Below are positions 29,632 through 40,022 of a stretch of DNA of 64,000 bases, in pieces; position 1 is the stretch's first letter; each line of letters opens with the position of its first letter. Made by a program: the position numbers and the translations under genes. The notes beneath the pieces were generated by a model, which was not told where the DNA came from, searched no databases, and saw nothing but the letters and a program-made list of their open reading frames with translations. Location: the NCBI GenBank assembly GCA_963816395.1, contig CAWFKQ010000007.1, positions 320,001 to 384,000 on the forward strand. The letters run 5' to 3'. Source of the stretch: an uncultured delta proteobacterium. GTDB taxonomy: Bacteria > Desulfobacterota > Desulfuromonadia > Desulfuromonadales > JACZKF01.

Positions 29632-30213
29632 ATGAGTGAACAGAGTGCCGGCAAAACCGCTCCGGCAGCGCTCGACGAGGGGATCCGGCTGCTAAAGGGC
29701 CTGAGCAAGGACGAACTGGTGAAGATCATTGTCGATGATGCCAAAAACTGGCTGGCGCACGATGGTCTCTGGTTTCAGGCGATCGAGAAGACCCACGGCA
29801 TGGATGTCGCCATTGCGGCCGACCGTGCCGCCTGGGAGAGGTTCACCGTCATCGAGGCGAAGCGGATCATGGAGCGCCTTGGCATCACTCCGGGGGGCGG
29901 CATCCCGGCTCTGATCGAATGCCTCAAACACCGCTTTTACGCCCGCCTCAACCTTCAGGAGTGCATCGAGGTGAGCGAGACCCGCGCGGTCTTCCGCATG
30001 GTCGACTGCCGGGTGCAGTCGGCGCGCAAGCGCAAGGGGCTGTCGGATTTCCCCTGCAAGAGCGTCGGCGTAGTCGAGTATGCCGAGTTCGCCCGCACCA
30101 TCGATCCGCGCATCGAGACCCGCTGCATCGCCTGTCCGCCAGACGCTCATCCCGAGGAGTACTGGTGCGCCTGGGAATTCACCCTTGCAGGCCTGGCCCG
30201 TGATGCTGGATGA
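29632..30213 (+). CDS. DUF6125-like Cys-containing protein
   Basis: AKNWLAHDGLWFQA..DCRVQSAR.RKGL..FPCK..CIACPPD..WCAWEF. Confidence 0.75.
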   Translation: MSEQSAGKTAPAALDEGIRLLKGLSKDELVKIIVDDAKNWLAHDGLWFQAIEKTHGMDVAIAADRAAWERFTVIEAKRIMERLGITPGGGIPALIECLKHRFYARLNLQECIEVSETRAVFRMVDCRVQSARKRKGLSDFPCKSVGVVEYAEFARTIDPRIETRCIACPPDAHPEEYWCAWEFTLAGLARDAG

Positions 30214-31360
30214 TGCCCTGCAAGGGGTGCGGGTCCTTGACCTGAGTCAGTACCTGCCGGGGCCGTTCGCCACTCAGATCCTCGCCGATCTCGGTGCCGC
30301 GGTGCTCAAGGTCGAACCGCCGGCCGGCGATCCGATGCGTCGATTCCTGCTGCTCGACAAGGACGGGCTTTCTCCGTGGTACAAGCAGGTCAACGCCGGC
30401 AAACAGCTGTTGCGGCTCGATCTGAAAAACGCCGCGGGGCGCCGCATGCTGGAAGAATTGGTGGCGCTGGCCGACGTGCTGCTCGAATCCTACCGTCCCG
30501 GGGTGATGGAACGGCTCGGCTTCGGTCCGGAGCGGCTGCGGCAGCTCAATCCCCGCCTGATCCACTGCGCCCTCTCCGGTTTCGGCCAGACTGGCCCTTA
30601 CCGGCTGCGGGGCGGGCATGACATCACCTATGTCGCCCTGAGCGGCATGCTTGATCTGACCGGCACCGTTGAAACACCGGTCGTTCCCTTCCCGCCGCTC
30701 TGCGATTACGCCGGCGGCAAGCAGGCGGCAACCGCGATCCTCGCCGCGCTGCTACGCCGGGAGACGCTGCGGCAAGGGGGCCTATATCGACATCAGCCTG
30801 TTCGAGACCGCACTCTCCTGGCAATCGATCGCCCTGGCCGCTGCAGGTCGCGCGGACGGCGGTTTTGCCCGGGGCGGCGACCTGCTCACCGGCGGTGCCG
30901 CCTGCTATCAGCTCTATCGCACCGCGGATGAGCGCTTCGTGGTGCTCGGCGCCATCGAGGAGAAATTCTGGATAGCCTTCTGCCTGGCCGTGGAACGGCC
31001 GGCCTGGATCGACCGGCAGCAGGAGCCGTTGCCGCAGGTCGGGTTGATCGGCGAACTCCAGGCGTTATTCGCCAGTCAGCCATTGGGCCACTGGCAGCGG
31101 CTGCTGGGCGAGGTCGACTGTTGCTTTGAGACGGTCCTGCGGCACGCCGAGGTGGCGGAGCACTCCCAGGTCCGGCACCGGCGAATGATCGACAGTTATA
31201 CAGGGAACGAACCGACCAGCGTCCTCTTCCCGGCCTGGATCGATGGCCAGCCACCGCGATCGCGAATGGCCTGCCGGGAAGTCCAGGCTGACGCCGTTCT
31301 GGCGGAGTGGAACAATGCCGCGCAAGTCTGCCTTAACGCCCGAGAGACAACAGTTAAACC
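30203..31360 (+). CDS. CoA-transferase family III (CaiB/BaiF; frameshift near 30765, 3' end approximate)
   Basis: VRVLDLSQYLPGPFATQILADLGA.VLKVEPP.GD, ESYRPGV, SGFGQTGP, GHDITY, LGAIEEKFW. Confidence 0.9.
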
Positions 31361-31464
31361 GGTCGCTGCCCGGCAGGGGATAGTGCACCGTCAAGAAGGT
31401 CGCTGCAGGCGTCAGAATCTTCCAGGACCAGCGTCCCGGCCCAGGCCGGGGGAAACGAGCGGGT

Positions 31465-31936
31465 ATGCAGGACCATTTCGACCGCCGAGCCGTGGAGGGG
31501 ATTTTCAGCGCGCCATTCATCGCCGTGCTCGGCATCCGCCTGCAGGATGTCGGCGCCGGCTGGTGCGAGACGGAACTGCAGGTGGCGCATCGCCACCTGC
31601 AACAGCACGGCTTTATCCACGGCGGGGTTCTCGCGACCCTGGCCGACCACACCGCCGGGGGCGCGGCGACCTCCTTGATCCGGGCAGGGCAATTGGTGCT
31701 GACCGCCGAGTTCAAGATCAACCTGCTGCGGCCGGCCGGCGGCGAGCGGTTGCACTGTCGTGCCGAGGTGCTCAAGGCGGGTCGGAGCCTGAGCATTGTT
31801 GAGGCGGATGTCTTCGACTTCCCGGATGGCAGAACAGCGCCTGGTGGCCAAGACCCTGGTGACCCTGGCGGTGGTCGCTGCGGATGCGGTGCCAGATCAG
31901 GGCTGTCAACGGCAGGAGAATCTGTCACGAAGGTGA
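31465..31936 (+). CDS. PaaI family hotdog thioesterase (frameshift near 31830)
   Basis: HLQQHGFIHGGVLATLADHTAG, EFKINLLRP; corrected end LVAKTLVTLAVV..TGA 31934-36. Confidence 0.85.
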
Positions 31937-31965
31937 CAGCCGACCCTACGGTTGAGGAGGTTTAC

Positions 31966-32754
31966 ATGTCTCTGCAGAACATCCTGGTTCATCTCGATCA
32001 CACCCCGCAGAGTGCGCCGCGGTTTGAACTGGCTCTTGCCCTGGCGGCCCGTCATCGCTCCCTGCTGAGCGGCTGCTACCCGATTGCCGCACCGTATTTT
32101 TCCAAACCCATCCAGACCGCCGAACTGAACGAGCGCAAGGCTGCCATGGCCGCCCGCGCTGCGGCCCGGCATGTGAGCCTCCACTGGGTAGAAAATGACG
32201 ACTGGCGGACCACCCTGACCATTGCCGAGCAGTTGATCCTGCAGGCCTACTACGCGGACCTGGTGGTAATCGGCAAACCCGAGGCGTCGGCCGGTCCGCG
32301 CACGGTCGCCGATCTTCCGGAAAAACTGGTGATGGGCTCCGGTACGCCGGTGCTGATCGCCCCGGCCCACGGGGGTTTCAATCTGACTCCTGAACGGATC
32401 ATCGTCGCCTGGCGGGCTGGGCGGGCGTCCGTCCGTTCCCTGCGCGATGCCCTGCCGCTGCTGCAGCAGGCGAGCCACGTCAAGATCCTCAACCTGGCCT
32501 CCGGTGCCGCGCAGCAGGCCGAGGACGAACGCTCCCTCGACCAGCTCTGCCGGCATCTGGCACGCCACGGCGTCGAGGCGGAGGCCGAACGGCTGGTGGC
32601 GGCGGGCATCGGCATGGGGGATGCGCTGCTCAACCGGGCAGTGGACGAGAGTGCCGATCTGCTGGTCGCCGGCGGTTTTTCCTACAAGCAGCCGATGCCG
32701 GTCGCCGCCTACCTGGGCAAGCACACGACCATCCCGATCTTCATGTCGAACTGA
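31966..32754 (+). CDS. Universal stress protein (tandem USP)
   Basis: Own RBS GAGGAGG; MSLQNILVHLD..ADLVVIG..GTPVLIAP..IVAW..ADLLVAG..PIFMS. Confidence 0.88.
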   Translation: MSLQNILVHLDHTPQSAPRFELALALAARHRSLLSGCYPIAAPYFSKPIQTAELNERKAAMAARAAARHVSLHWVENDDWRTTLTIAEQLILQAYYADLVVIGKPEASAGPRTVADLPEKLVMGSGTPVLIAPAHGGFNLTPERIIVAWRAGRASVRSLRDALPLLQQASHVKILNLASGAAQQAEDERSLDQLCRHLARHGVEAEAERLVAAGIGMGDALLNRAVDESADLLVAGGFSYKQPMPVAAYLGKHTTIPIFMSN

Positions 32755-32785
32755 TTCCAGGACAATTCAAACGAGGAGAGCTTCG

Positions 32786-33568
32786 ATGAATTTCGAGAAC
32801 CTGCTTTGCAAATGCAGCGAAAGAATTGCCGTCGTCACCATCAACCGGCCGCGCGCCCTCAACTCCCTCAACAGCGAGACCCTCAGGGAACTGCTCAGCC
32901 TTTTCGAGGGGCTGCGCGATGATGCCGAAGTCGATGTGGTTATCCTGACCGGGGCGGGAAGCAAGTCGTTCGTCGCCGGAGCGGATATCGCCGCCATGCA
33001 GCCACTCGACCCCTTGGCCGGGCGCGCGTTCGCCCGCCTCGGCCACCAGGTCCTCAACGCCATTGAAAAACTCCCCCAGCCGGTCATCGCCGCGGTCAAC
33101 GGTTTTGCCCTGGGCGGTGGCTGCGAGCTGGCCATGGCCTGCGACATTCGCCTGGCCAGCGAAAACGCCAGGTTCGGCCAGCCGGAGGTGAATCTCGGTA
33201 TCATCCCCGGTTTCGGCGGCACTCAGCGGCTGCCGCGGCTGGTCGGCAAGGGGCGCGCCAAGGAGATCATCTTCACCGGTGAGATACTCGACGCCGCCGA
33301 GGCCTGCCGGATCGGCCTGGTCAACCGGGTGGTGCCGGCCGACGATTTGCTGGAGACGGCCAGGGCACTCGCGGCCAAGATCGTTTCCCGAGGGCAGTTC
33401 GCGGTACGCATGGCCAAGGAGGCGATCGACAACGGCCTGGAGCTGGATGTCGACCGGGCGGGCAACTACGAGACGGAACTGTTCGGGCTCTGTTTCGCCA
33501 GCGCCGACCAGAAGGAGGGGATGGCGGCCTTTCTTGAGAAGCGTCCCGCCGTCTTCAAGGGATGCTGA
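32786..33568 (+). CDS. crt: Short-chain enoyl-CoA hydratase (crotonase)
   Basis: FVAGADI, VNGFALGGGCELAMACD, FGQPEVNLGIIPGFGGTQRL. Confidence 0.92.
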   Translation: MNFENLLCKCSERIAVVTINRPRALNSLNSETLRELLSLFEGLRDDAEVDVVILTGAGSKSFVAGADIAAMQPLDPLAGRAFARLGHQVLNAIEKLPQPVIAAVNGFALGGGCELAMACDIRLASENARFGQPEVNLGIIPGFGGTQRLPRLVGKGRAKEIIFTGEILDAAEACRIGLVNRVVPADDLLETARALAAKIVSRGQFAVRMAKEAIDNGLELDVDRAGNYETELFGLCFASADQKEGMAAFLEKRPAVFKGC

Positions 33569-33582
33569 AAGGGTGAGCCGGA

Positions 33583-34740
33583 ATGAATCTCGACCTGACT
33601 GAAGAGCAGAAACTGATCCAGCAGACCGCGCGCGAATTCGCCGCCGCCGAACTGGCGCCGGTAGCCGCCCCGCTCGACCGCGGCGAACAGCAGGAGATCT
33701 TTTTCGCCAACCTGCGCAAGCTGGCCGAACTCGGCTTCATGGGGCTCAATATCCGCGAAGAATATGGCGGCGCCGAGGCCGGAGTGGTCGCCTTCAGCGT
33801 CGCCCTGACGGAAATCGCGCGGGCCTGCGCCTCGACGGCCGTGACCGTCTCGGTCAACAACATGGTCGCCGAGGTGATCCAGGCGGTCGGCAGCGAGCAA
33901 CAGCGGCGAACCTACATCCCGCGCCTCTGTTCCGGCCAGTACCTGGCCGGGGCGTTCGCCCTGACCGAGGTCGGGGCCGGCTCCGACCCGGCCGGAATGA
34001 CCACCACCGCCGTGCGCCATGGTGACCAGTGGGTGCTCAACGGCAGTAAGATCTTCATCACCAGCGCCCCCTATGCCGGCCTCTTCGTGGTCTGGGCGGT
34101 CACCGACCGCGACGCGCCGAAGGGGAAAGGGATCAGCTGCTTCCTGGTCGAGGCCGGCACTCCGGGGTGCCTGGTCGGTAAAGTCGAAGAAAAGATGGGG
34201 CAGCATGCCTCGGCAACCACTGAGCTGCTGTTCCAGGACTGCCGGCTGCCGGCAAGCGCCCTGATGGGAAGGCTCAACGACGGTTTCCGGATCGCGGTGG
34301 GAGAGCTGGCCGGCGGCCGCATCGGCATCGGCTCCCTCGCCCTCGGCGTCGGCTTGGCGGCGATGGACAGCGCCACCGGCTACGCCCTGCAGCGCAAGCA
34401 GTTCGGACAGCCGATCGCCGATTTCCAGGCCATCCAGTGGAAGATCGCCGATGCCTATACCGAGCTCGAAGCCGCCCGCCTGCTGCTGATGAACGCCGCC
34501 TTCCGCAAGGAACGAGGCAGATCATTCGCCAAGGAGGCGTCGATGGCCAAGCTGTTCGCCTCCGAGGCGGCTAACCGCGCCTGCTACGAAGCCATGCAGA
34601 TCCATGGCGGCTATGGCTATACCACCGAGTTCCCGGTCGAGCGCTATGCCCGCGACGCGCGGGTCACCACCATCTACGAGGGGACCAGCGAGATCCAGCG
34701 GCTGATCATCGCCCGGGAGATCCTGCGCGGATTTACTTGA
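33583..34740 (+). CDS. Acyl-CoA dehydrogenase
   Basis: [43 protein letters not shown]. Confidence 0.95.
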   Translation: MNLDLTEEQKLIQQTAREFAAAELAPVAAPLDRGEQQEIFFANLRKLAELGFMGLNIREEYGGAEAGVVAFSVALTEIARACASTAVTVSVNNMVAEVIQAVGSEQQRRTYIPRLCSGQYLAGAFALTEVGAGSDPAGMTTTAVRHGDQWVLNGSKIFITSAPYAGLFVVWAVTDRDAPKGKGISCFLVEAGTPGCLVGKVEEKMGQHASATTELLFQDCRLPASALMGRLNDGFRIAVGELAGGRIGIGSLALGVGLAAMDSATGYALQRKQFGQPIADFQAIQWKIADAYTELEAARLLLMNAAFRKERGRSFAKEASMAKLFASEAANRACYEAMQIHGGYGYTTEFPVERYARDARVTTIYEGTSEIQRLIIAREILRGFT

Positions 34741-34758
34741 ACCTTAAAACGGCAATCA

Positions 34759-34879
34759 GCCACGGATAAGATCTGATAAAATCTGACAAATCAAAGACAT
34801 ATGCCTTCTCCATTACCTTATTTTATTCTATTCTTCAAGTCCTTGAACAATCCGAATTGATCAGATTTGATCCGTGTGC
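34759..34879. repeat. Decamer (AAATCTGAT-like) inverted-tandem element with AT-rich spacer
   Basis: GCCACGGATAAGATCTGATAAAATCTGACAAA ... AATCCGAATTGATCAGATTTGATCCGTGTGC. Confidence 0.75.
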
Positions 34880-34927
34880 AAATGCACTTTCTAGGTTGAA
34901 ACATTCCCACCAACATACGGAGGCAGT

Positions 34928-36075
34928 ATGCACTTTGAACTGAGCGACGAACACAAGCTGATGCGGGAGATGGTGCGTAGCTTTGCCGAAGCCGAAATCG
35001 CGCCGTCAGCGGCCGAGCGTGACGAGAATGAACGCTTTGACCGCGAGCTGATGCACGACAGGCTTGGCGAACTCGGCCTGACCGGCGTCGTCTTCCCCGA
35101 GGAATACGGCGGGGCCGGGGCCGATTACCTGAGCTACGCGATCGCCGTCGAAGAACTCTCACGGGTTTGCGCCTCTACCGGGGTAACCCTTTCGGCCCAC
35201 CTGTCGCTGGGAGCCAACCCGATCTTCATGTTCGGCACCGAGGAGCAGAAGCAGAAGTATCTTAAGCCGCTCGCCGTTGGCAGCAAGCTCGGCGCCTTCG
35301 GTCTCACCGAGCCGACCGCCGGCTCCGATGCCGGCGGCACTCGTACCACTGCGACCCGCGACGGCGACTCCTGGGTGCTCAACGGCAGCAAGATCTTTAT
35401 CACCAACGGCGGCTGCGCCGAGACCTACATCGTTTTTGCCCGCAGCGACAAGACCGCGGAAAAACACCACGGCATCAGCGCCTTTATCGTCGAGAAGGAC
35501 ACCCCCGGCTTCACCTTCGGCAAGAAGGAAAAGAAGATGGGCATCCGCTCCTCACCGACCTGCGAACTGGTCTTTGACAACTGCCGGATTCCGCGGGAGA
35601 ACCTGCTCGGCCAGGAGGGTTCGGGATTCAAGGTCGCCATGAAGACCCTCGACGGCGGCCGCATCGGCATCGCCTCCCAGGCGCTCGGCATCGCCCAGGG
35701 CGCCTACGAGGCGGCCCTCAATTATGCCCGCGAGCGCAAGCAGTTCGACCAGCCGATCAGCAGCTTTCAGGCTATCCAGTTCATGCTGGCCGACATGGCC
35801 CTGGCCATCGAAGCCTCGCGCCTGCTGATCTATCAGTCGGCTTACCGGGCAAGCGCCGGCCTGTCCTACGGCAAGGAGTCGGCCATGGCCAAGCTGTCGG
35901 CCTCGGAGACGGCCATGCAGGTGACCACCAAGGCGGTGCAGATCTTTGGCGGCTATGGTTTACCCGCGAGTTCCCGGTCGAGCGGATGATGCGCGACGCC
36001 AAAATCACCGAGATTTACGAGGGGACCAGCGAGGTGCAGCGCCTGGTCATCGGCACCGCTGTGCTGCGCGGCTGA
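34928..36075 (+). CDS. Butyryl-CoA/short-chain acyl-CoA dehydrogenase (frameshift near 35960)
   Basis: [40 protein letters not shown]; the corrected tail [18 protein letters not shown] ends at 36075. Confidence 0.93.
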
Positions 36076-36132
36076 GCCTCCCAGCGGGGCTACGAATGTA
36101 GACCCTGTAAACAGCAGGGCCAGAAGCATCGA

Positions 36133-36185
36133 CCGTCGCCCTGTGCCACTCCGCTGCTGAGACGGGGAGGGCGCAGGGCGACGGC
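36133..36185 (+). terminator. Long GC-rich stem-loop after the acyl-CoA dehydrogenase
   Basis: CCGTCGCCCTGTGCC / GGCGCAGGGCGACGG. Confidence 0.5.
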
Positions 36186-36312
36186 GTCTCGATTGGTTAA
36201 CACTCTCCCTCCGCGAACCGCTCCCCTCCCCTCCCCTCACTTTATGCAAAAGAGACATTATTCCAGCATCTTACCTCCGATGTCGTGGTCGATTGAGGCG
36301 AATAGAGGGGTT

Positions 36313-36328
36313 TGGCATCTGGCTTGCA
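36313..36328 (+). promoter_or_regulatory. Sigma54 promoter of the liu operon
   Basis: TGGCAT-CTGGC-TTGCA. Confidence 0.8.
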
Positions 36329-36389
36329 CAATCTCCAATAACAACGCCTGGCCGGTAGACCTCGAACGATGGAAGGGATGGAGATGAAA

Positions 36390-37559
36390 ATGAACGCTTA
36401 CCCGCTGCTCCAGTTCGACCTCGGCGACACCGCCGCCCTGCTGCGTGAAACGGTCCGTAACTTTGCCGCTGACGAGATTGCGCCCCGGGCCGCCGACATC
36501 GATCGCGAGAACCTGTTTCCCGCTGGTCTGTGGCGCAAGATGGGCGATCTCGGCCTGCTCGGAATTACCGTCGAGGAGGAGTTCGGCGGGGCGGGAATGA
36601 GTTACCTCGACCACATTATCGTCATGGAGGAGATCAGCCGCGCCTCGGCTTCGGTAGGGCTGAGCTACGGCGCCCATTCCAACCTCTGTGTCAACCAGAT
36701 CCGTCGCAACGGCACCCGGGAGCAGAAGCGGCGCTATCTGCCCAGGCTGATCAGCGGCGAGCATGTCGGCGCCCTGGCCATGAGCGAATCGGGCGCCGGT
36801 TCGGACGTGGTAAGCATGCGCCTGCGCGCCGACCGGCACGGCAACCAATACGTTCTCAATGGCAGCAAAATGTGGATCACCAACGGTCCAGAGGCCAACG
36901 TGCTGGTGGTCTACGCCAAGACCGACCTGGAGGCCGGTCCCCAAGGTATCACTGCCTTTCTGGTGGAGAAAGGCTACCCGGGCTTCTCCCCTGGGCAGAA
37001 GCTCGACAAACTCGGCATGCGCGGCTCGAATACCTGCGAGCTGGTCTTCGAGGATTGCGCGGTGCCCATGGAGAACGTGCTCGGCGAGGTCGGCAAGGGA
37101 GTGCAGGTGCTCATGAGCGGCCTTGATTACGAGCGGCTGGTCCTCGCCGGCGGACCGCTTGGAATCATGGCGGCGTGCATGGACGTGGTGATCCCCTATA
37201 TCCACGAACGCAAGCAGTTCGGGCGGCCGATCGGCGAGTTCCAGCTGATTCAGGGGAAACTCGCCGACATGTACACGACTCTGAACGCCTGCAAGGCCTA
37301 CATCTACGCGGTAGCCCAGACCGCCGTCCCTGGTCGCAACATTCGCAAGGATGCCGCCGGGGTGATTCTCTATCTGGCGGAAAAAGCGACTTGGATGGCT
37401 CTCGAGGCGATTCAGTGCCTCGGCGGCAACGGCTACACCAACGAGTACCCGACCGGCCGTCTGCTGCGCGACGCCAAGCTCTACGAGATCGGCGCCGGCA
37501 CCAGTGAAATCCGCCGCATGCTGATCGGCCGCGAGCTGTTCATGGAGACGGCCCACTGA
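36390..37559 (+). CDS. liuA: Isovaleryl-CoA dehydrogenase
   Basis: [51 protein letters not shown]. Confidence 0.95.
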   Translation: MNAYPLLQFDLGDTAALLRETVRNFAADEIAPRAADIDRENLFPAGLWRKMGDLGLLGITVEEEFGGAGMSYLDHIIVMEEISRASASVGLSYGAHSNLCVNQIRRNGTREQKRRYLPRLISGEHVGALAMSESGAGSDVVSMRLRADRHGNQYVLNGSKMWITNGPEANVLVVYAKTDLEAGPQGITAFLVEKGYPGFSPGQKLDKLGMRGSNTCELVFEDCAVPMENVLGEVGKGVQVLMSGLDYERLVLAGGPLGIMAACMDVVIPYIHERKQFGRPIGEFQLIQGKLADMYTTLNACKAYIYAVAQTAVPGRNIRKDAAGVILYLAEKATWMALEAIQCLGGNGYTNEYPTGRLLRDAKLYEIGAGTSEIRRMLIGRELFMETAH

Positions 37560-37610
37560 ACCCGTGCCCTGCGGAGCGCCCGACCGCAATGGAAAGAGAC
37601 CTGAGAGACG

Positions 37611-39218
37611 ATGAGTGTTCTGAAGACTTCCCTCGATAGCCACTCCGCAGAGTTTCAGCGCAACGCCGCCACGCTGCAGGAGATGGTCAGCGACCTGCGC
37701 AGCAAGATCGACCGGATCGTTCAGGGCGGCGGCGAGCAGGCAAGCGCCAAGCATGTCGCCCGGGGCAAGCTGCTGCCGCGCGAGCGGATCCGTCAGTTGC
37801 TCGATGTCGGCTCACCGTTTCTCGAACTCTCCCAGTTCGCCGCCTACCAGGTCTTCAAGGAGGAGGTGCCGGCGGCCGGGGTGATCACCGGCATCGGTCG
37901 GGTCAGCGGCCAGGAGTGCATGATCGTCGCCAACGACGCCACGGTCAAGGGGGGCAGCTACTACCCGCTGACGGTCAAAAAACACCTGCGCGCCCAGGAG
38001 ATCGCCGGCGAGAACCACCTCCCCTGTATCTACCTGGTCGATTCCGGCGGCGCCTTCCTGTCGAAGCAGGACGAGGTCTTTCCCGACCGCGACCATTTCG
38101 GCCGCATCTTCTACAACCAGGCGATCCTCTCGGCGCGCGGCATTCCGCAGATCGCCGTGGTGATGGGCTCGTGCACGGCCGGCGGCGCCTACGTGCCGGC
38201 GATGGCCGACGAGAGCATCATCGTCCGCAACCAGGGGACGATCTTTCTCGGCGGTCCGCCGCTGGTCAAGGCAGCCATCGGCGAGGTGGTCAGCGCCGAG
38301 GAACTCGGCGGCGCCGACGTCCACTGCCGCACCTCGGGAGTCACCGACCACTACGCCGAGAACGACAGCCACGCTCTGGCGCTGGCGCGGCGCATCGTCG
38401 CCAATCTCAACCGGGTCAAGCACCCCGGCCTGACGCTGCGCCCGGTACAGGAGCCGCTCTACGACCCGCAGGAACTCTACGGGGTGATCCCGGCCGATCC
38501 GCGCAAGCCCTATGACGTGCGCGAGGTGATCGCCCGCATCGTCGACGGCTCGGAGTTCGACGAGTTCAAGAGGCTCTACGGGACCACCCTGGTCTGCGGT
38601 TTCGCCCACATTTTCGGCTATCCGGTGGGGATCGTCGCCAATAACGGCATTCTCTTCTCCGAATCGGCGCTCAAAGGGGCACATTTCATTCAGCTCTGCA
38701 GCCAGCGCGGCATCCCGCTGGTGTTTCTGCAGAACGTCACCGGCTTCATGGTCGGCAGCAAGTACGAGCAGGGGGGGATTGCCAAGGACGGCGCCAAGAT
38801 GGTGACCGCGGTCGCCTGCGCCCGGGTGCCCAAGTTTACCGTACTGATCGGCGGCAGCTTCGGCGCCGGCAATTATGGCATGTGCGGCCGCGCCTACAGC
38901 CCGCGGCTGCTCTGGATATGGCCCAACGCGCGGATCTCGGTCATGGGGGGTGAACAGGCCGCCAATGTGCTCGCCCAGGTCAAGCGCGACAGTCTCGAAG
39001 CCAGGGGGCAGAACTGGAGTGCCGAGGAGGAGGCGTCCTTCAAAAAACCGATCTACGCGCAGTACGAGCATCAGGGACACCCCTACTACGCCAGCGCCCG
39101 GCTCTGGGACGACGGCATCATCAACCCGACCGATACCCGCATGGTGCTCGGCCTCGGGATCTCAGCGGCGCTCAATGCGCCGATCGAGCCGACTACTTTC
39201 GGCATTTTCAGGATGTGA
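37611..39218 (+). CDS. liuB: 3-methylcrotonyl-CoA carboxylase beta (carboxyltransferase) subunit
   Basis: [54 protein letters not shown]. Confidence 0.95.
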   Translation: MSVLKTSLDSHSAEFQRNAATLQEMVSDLRSKIDRIVQGGGEQASAKHVARGKLLPRERIRQLLDVGSPFLELSQFAAYQVFKEEVPAAGVITGIGRVSGQECMIVANDATVKGGSYYPLTVKKHLRAQEIAGENHLPCIYLVDSGGAFLSKQDEVFPDRDHFGRIFYNQAILSARGIPQIAVVMGSCTAGGAYVPAMADESIIVRNQGTIFLGGPPLVKAAIGEVVSAEELGGADVHCRTSGVTDHYAENDSHALALARRIVANLNRVKHPGLTLRPVQEPLYDPQELYGVIPADPRKPYDVREVIARIVDGSEFDEFKRLYGTTLVCGFAHIFGYPVGIVANNGILFSESALKGAHFIQLCSQRGIPLVFLQNVTGFMVGSKYEQGGIAKDGAKMVTAVACARVPKFTVLIGGSFGAGNYGMCGRAYSPRLLWIWPNARISVMGGEQAANVLAQVKRDSLEARGQNWSAEEEASFKKPIYAQYEHQGHPYYASARLWDDGIINPTDTRMVLGLGISAALNAPIEPTTFGIFRM

Positions 39219-39221
39219 CCG

Positions 39222-40022
39222 ATGAGTGCAGCGATTCTTTTGAGCGATATCGAGGCCTGTGGCATCGCCACAGTCACCCTCAACCGCCCGGAGATGCACA
39301 ACGCCTTCGACGATTCGTTGATCCCCTTGCTGAAGAAGGAACTGCGCCGTCTGGAAAGCGATCCGCGGGTGCGCGTGGTGCTGCTTGCCGGCAGCGGCAA
39401 GAGTTTCTCCGCCGGGGCCGACCTCCACTGGATGCAGCGGATGGCGGGTTATTCGCCCCAGCAGAACCTCGACGATGCTCTCGATCTGGCGGAGCTGATG
39501 CTGATCCTCGACCGTTTGGCCAAACCGACCATCGCCCTGGTCCAGGGCGCGGCCATCGGCGGCGGGGTCGGCCTGGCCGCCGCCTGCGATATCGTCCTGG
39601 CGAGCGAGTCGGCGAGCTTCTGCCTTTCCGAGGTCAGGCTCGGGCTGATCCCGGCGGTGATCTCCCCCTACGTGGTGCGGGCGATGGGGGGACGGGCCGC
39701 GCGCCGCTACTTTCTCACCGCGGAACGTTTCAGCGCCGCCGAAGCGCTGCGCTGCGGCCTGGTTCACGAACTGGTGCCGGCCGCCGGGCTGGTTCAGCGG
39801 GGCCGGGAACTGGCCGGACGGCTGCTGCAGAATGCTCCCGGCGCGCAGGCCGCCGCCAAGCAGCTTATCCGGAAGGTCGAGGCTCCGCTCGACGAGACCC
39901 TGATACAGCTCACCGCCGAGTGGATTGCCGAGCTGCGCTCCGCCCCCGAGGGACGCGAAGGGGTCGGCGCCTTCCTGGAAAAGCGTCAACCCGCATGGGC
40001 CAGAGGATCTGAAGATGTTTAG
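39222..40022 (+). CDS. liuC: 3-methylglutaconyl-CoA hydratase
   Basis: Crotonase fold FSAGADLHWM, GGGVGL, FCLSEVRLGLIPAVISPY; position within the liu operon. Confidence 0.9.
   Translation: MSAAILLSDIEACGIATVTLNRPEMHNAFDDSLIPLLKKELRRLESDPRVRVVLLAGSGKSFSAGADLHWMQRMAGYSPQQNLDDALDLAELMLILDRLAKPTIALVQGAAIGGGVGLAAACDIVLASESASFCLSEVRLGLIPAVISPYVVRAMGGRAARRYFLTAERFSAAEALRCGLVHELVPAAGLVQRGRELAGRLLQNAPGAQAAAKQLIRKVEAPLDETLIQLTAEWIAELRSAPEGREGVGAFLEKRQPAWARGSEDV

Noticed and set aside
30669..31802. Long C-terminal extension of the CoA-transferase
   Set aside because: It reads into the thioesterase gene in a non-coding frame, giving Arg/Pro-rich nonsense
31465..32754. Apparent PaaI thioesterase-USP fusion (429 aa ORF)
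   Set aside because: An indel near 31830 shifts PaaI out of its natural C-terminus (stop at 31936), and the USP has its own RBS and ATG at 31966
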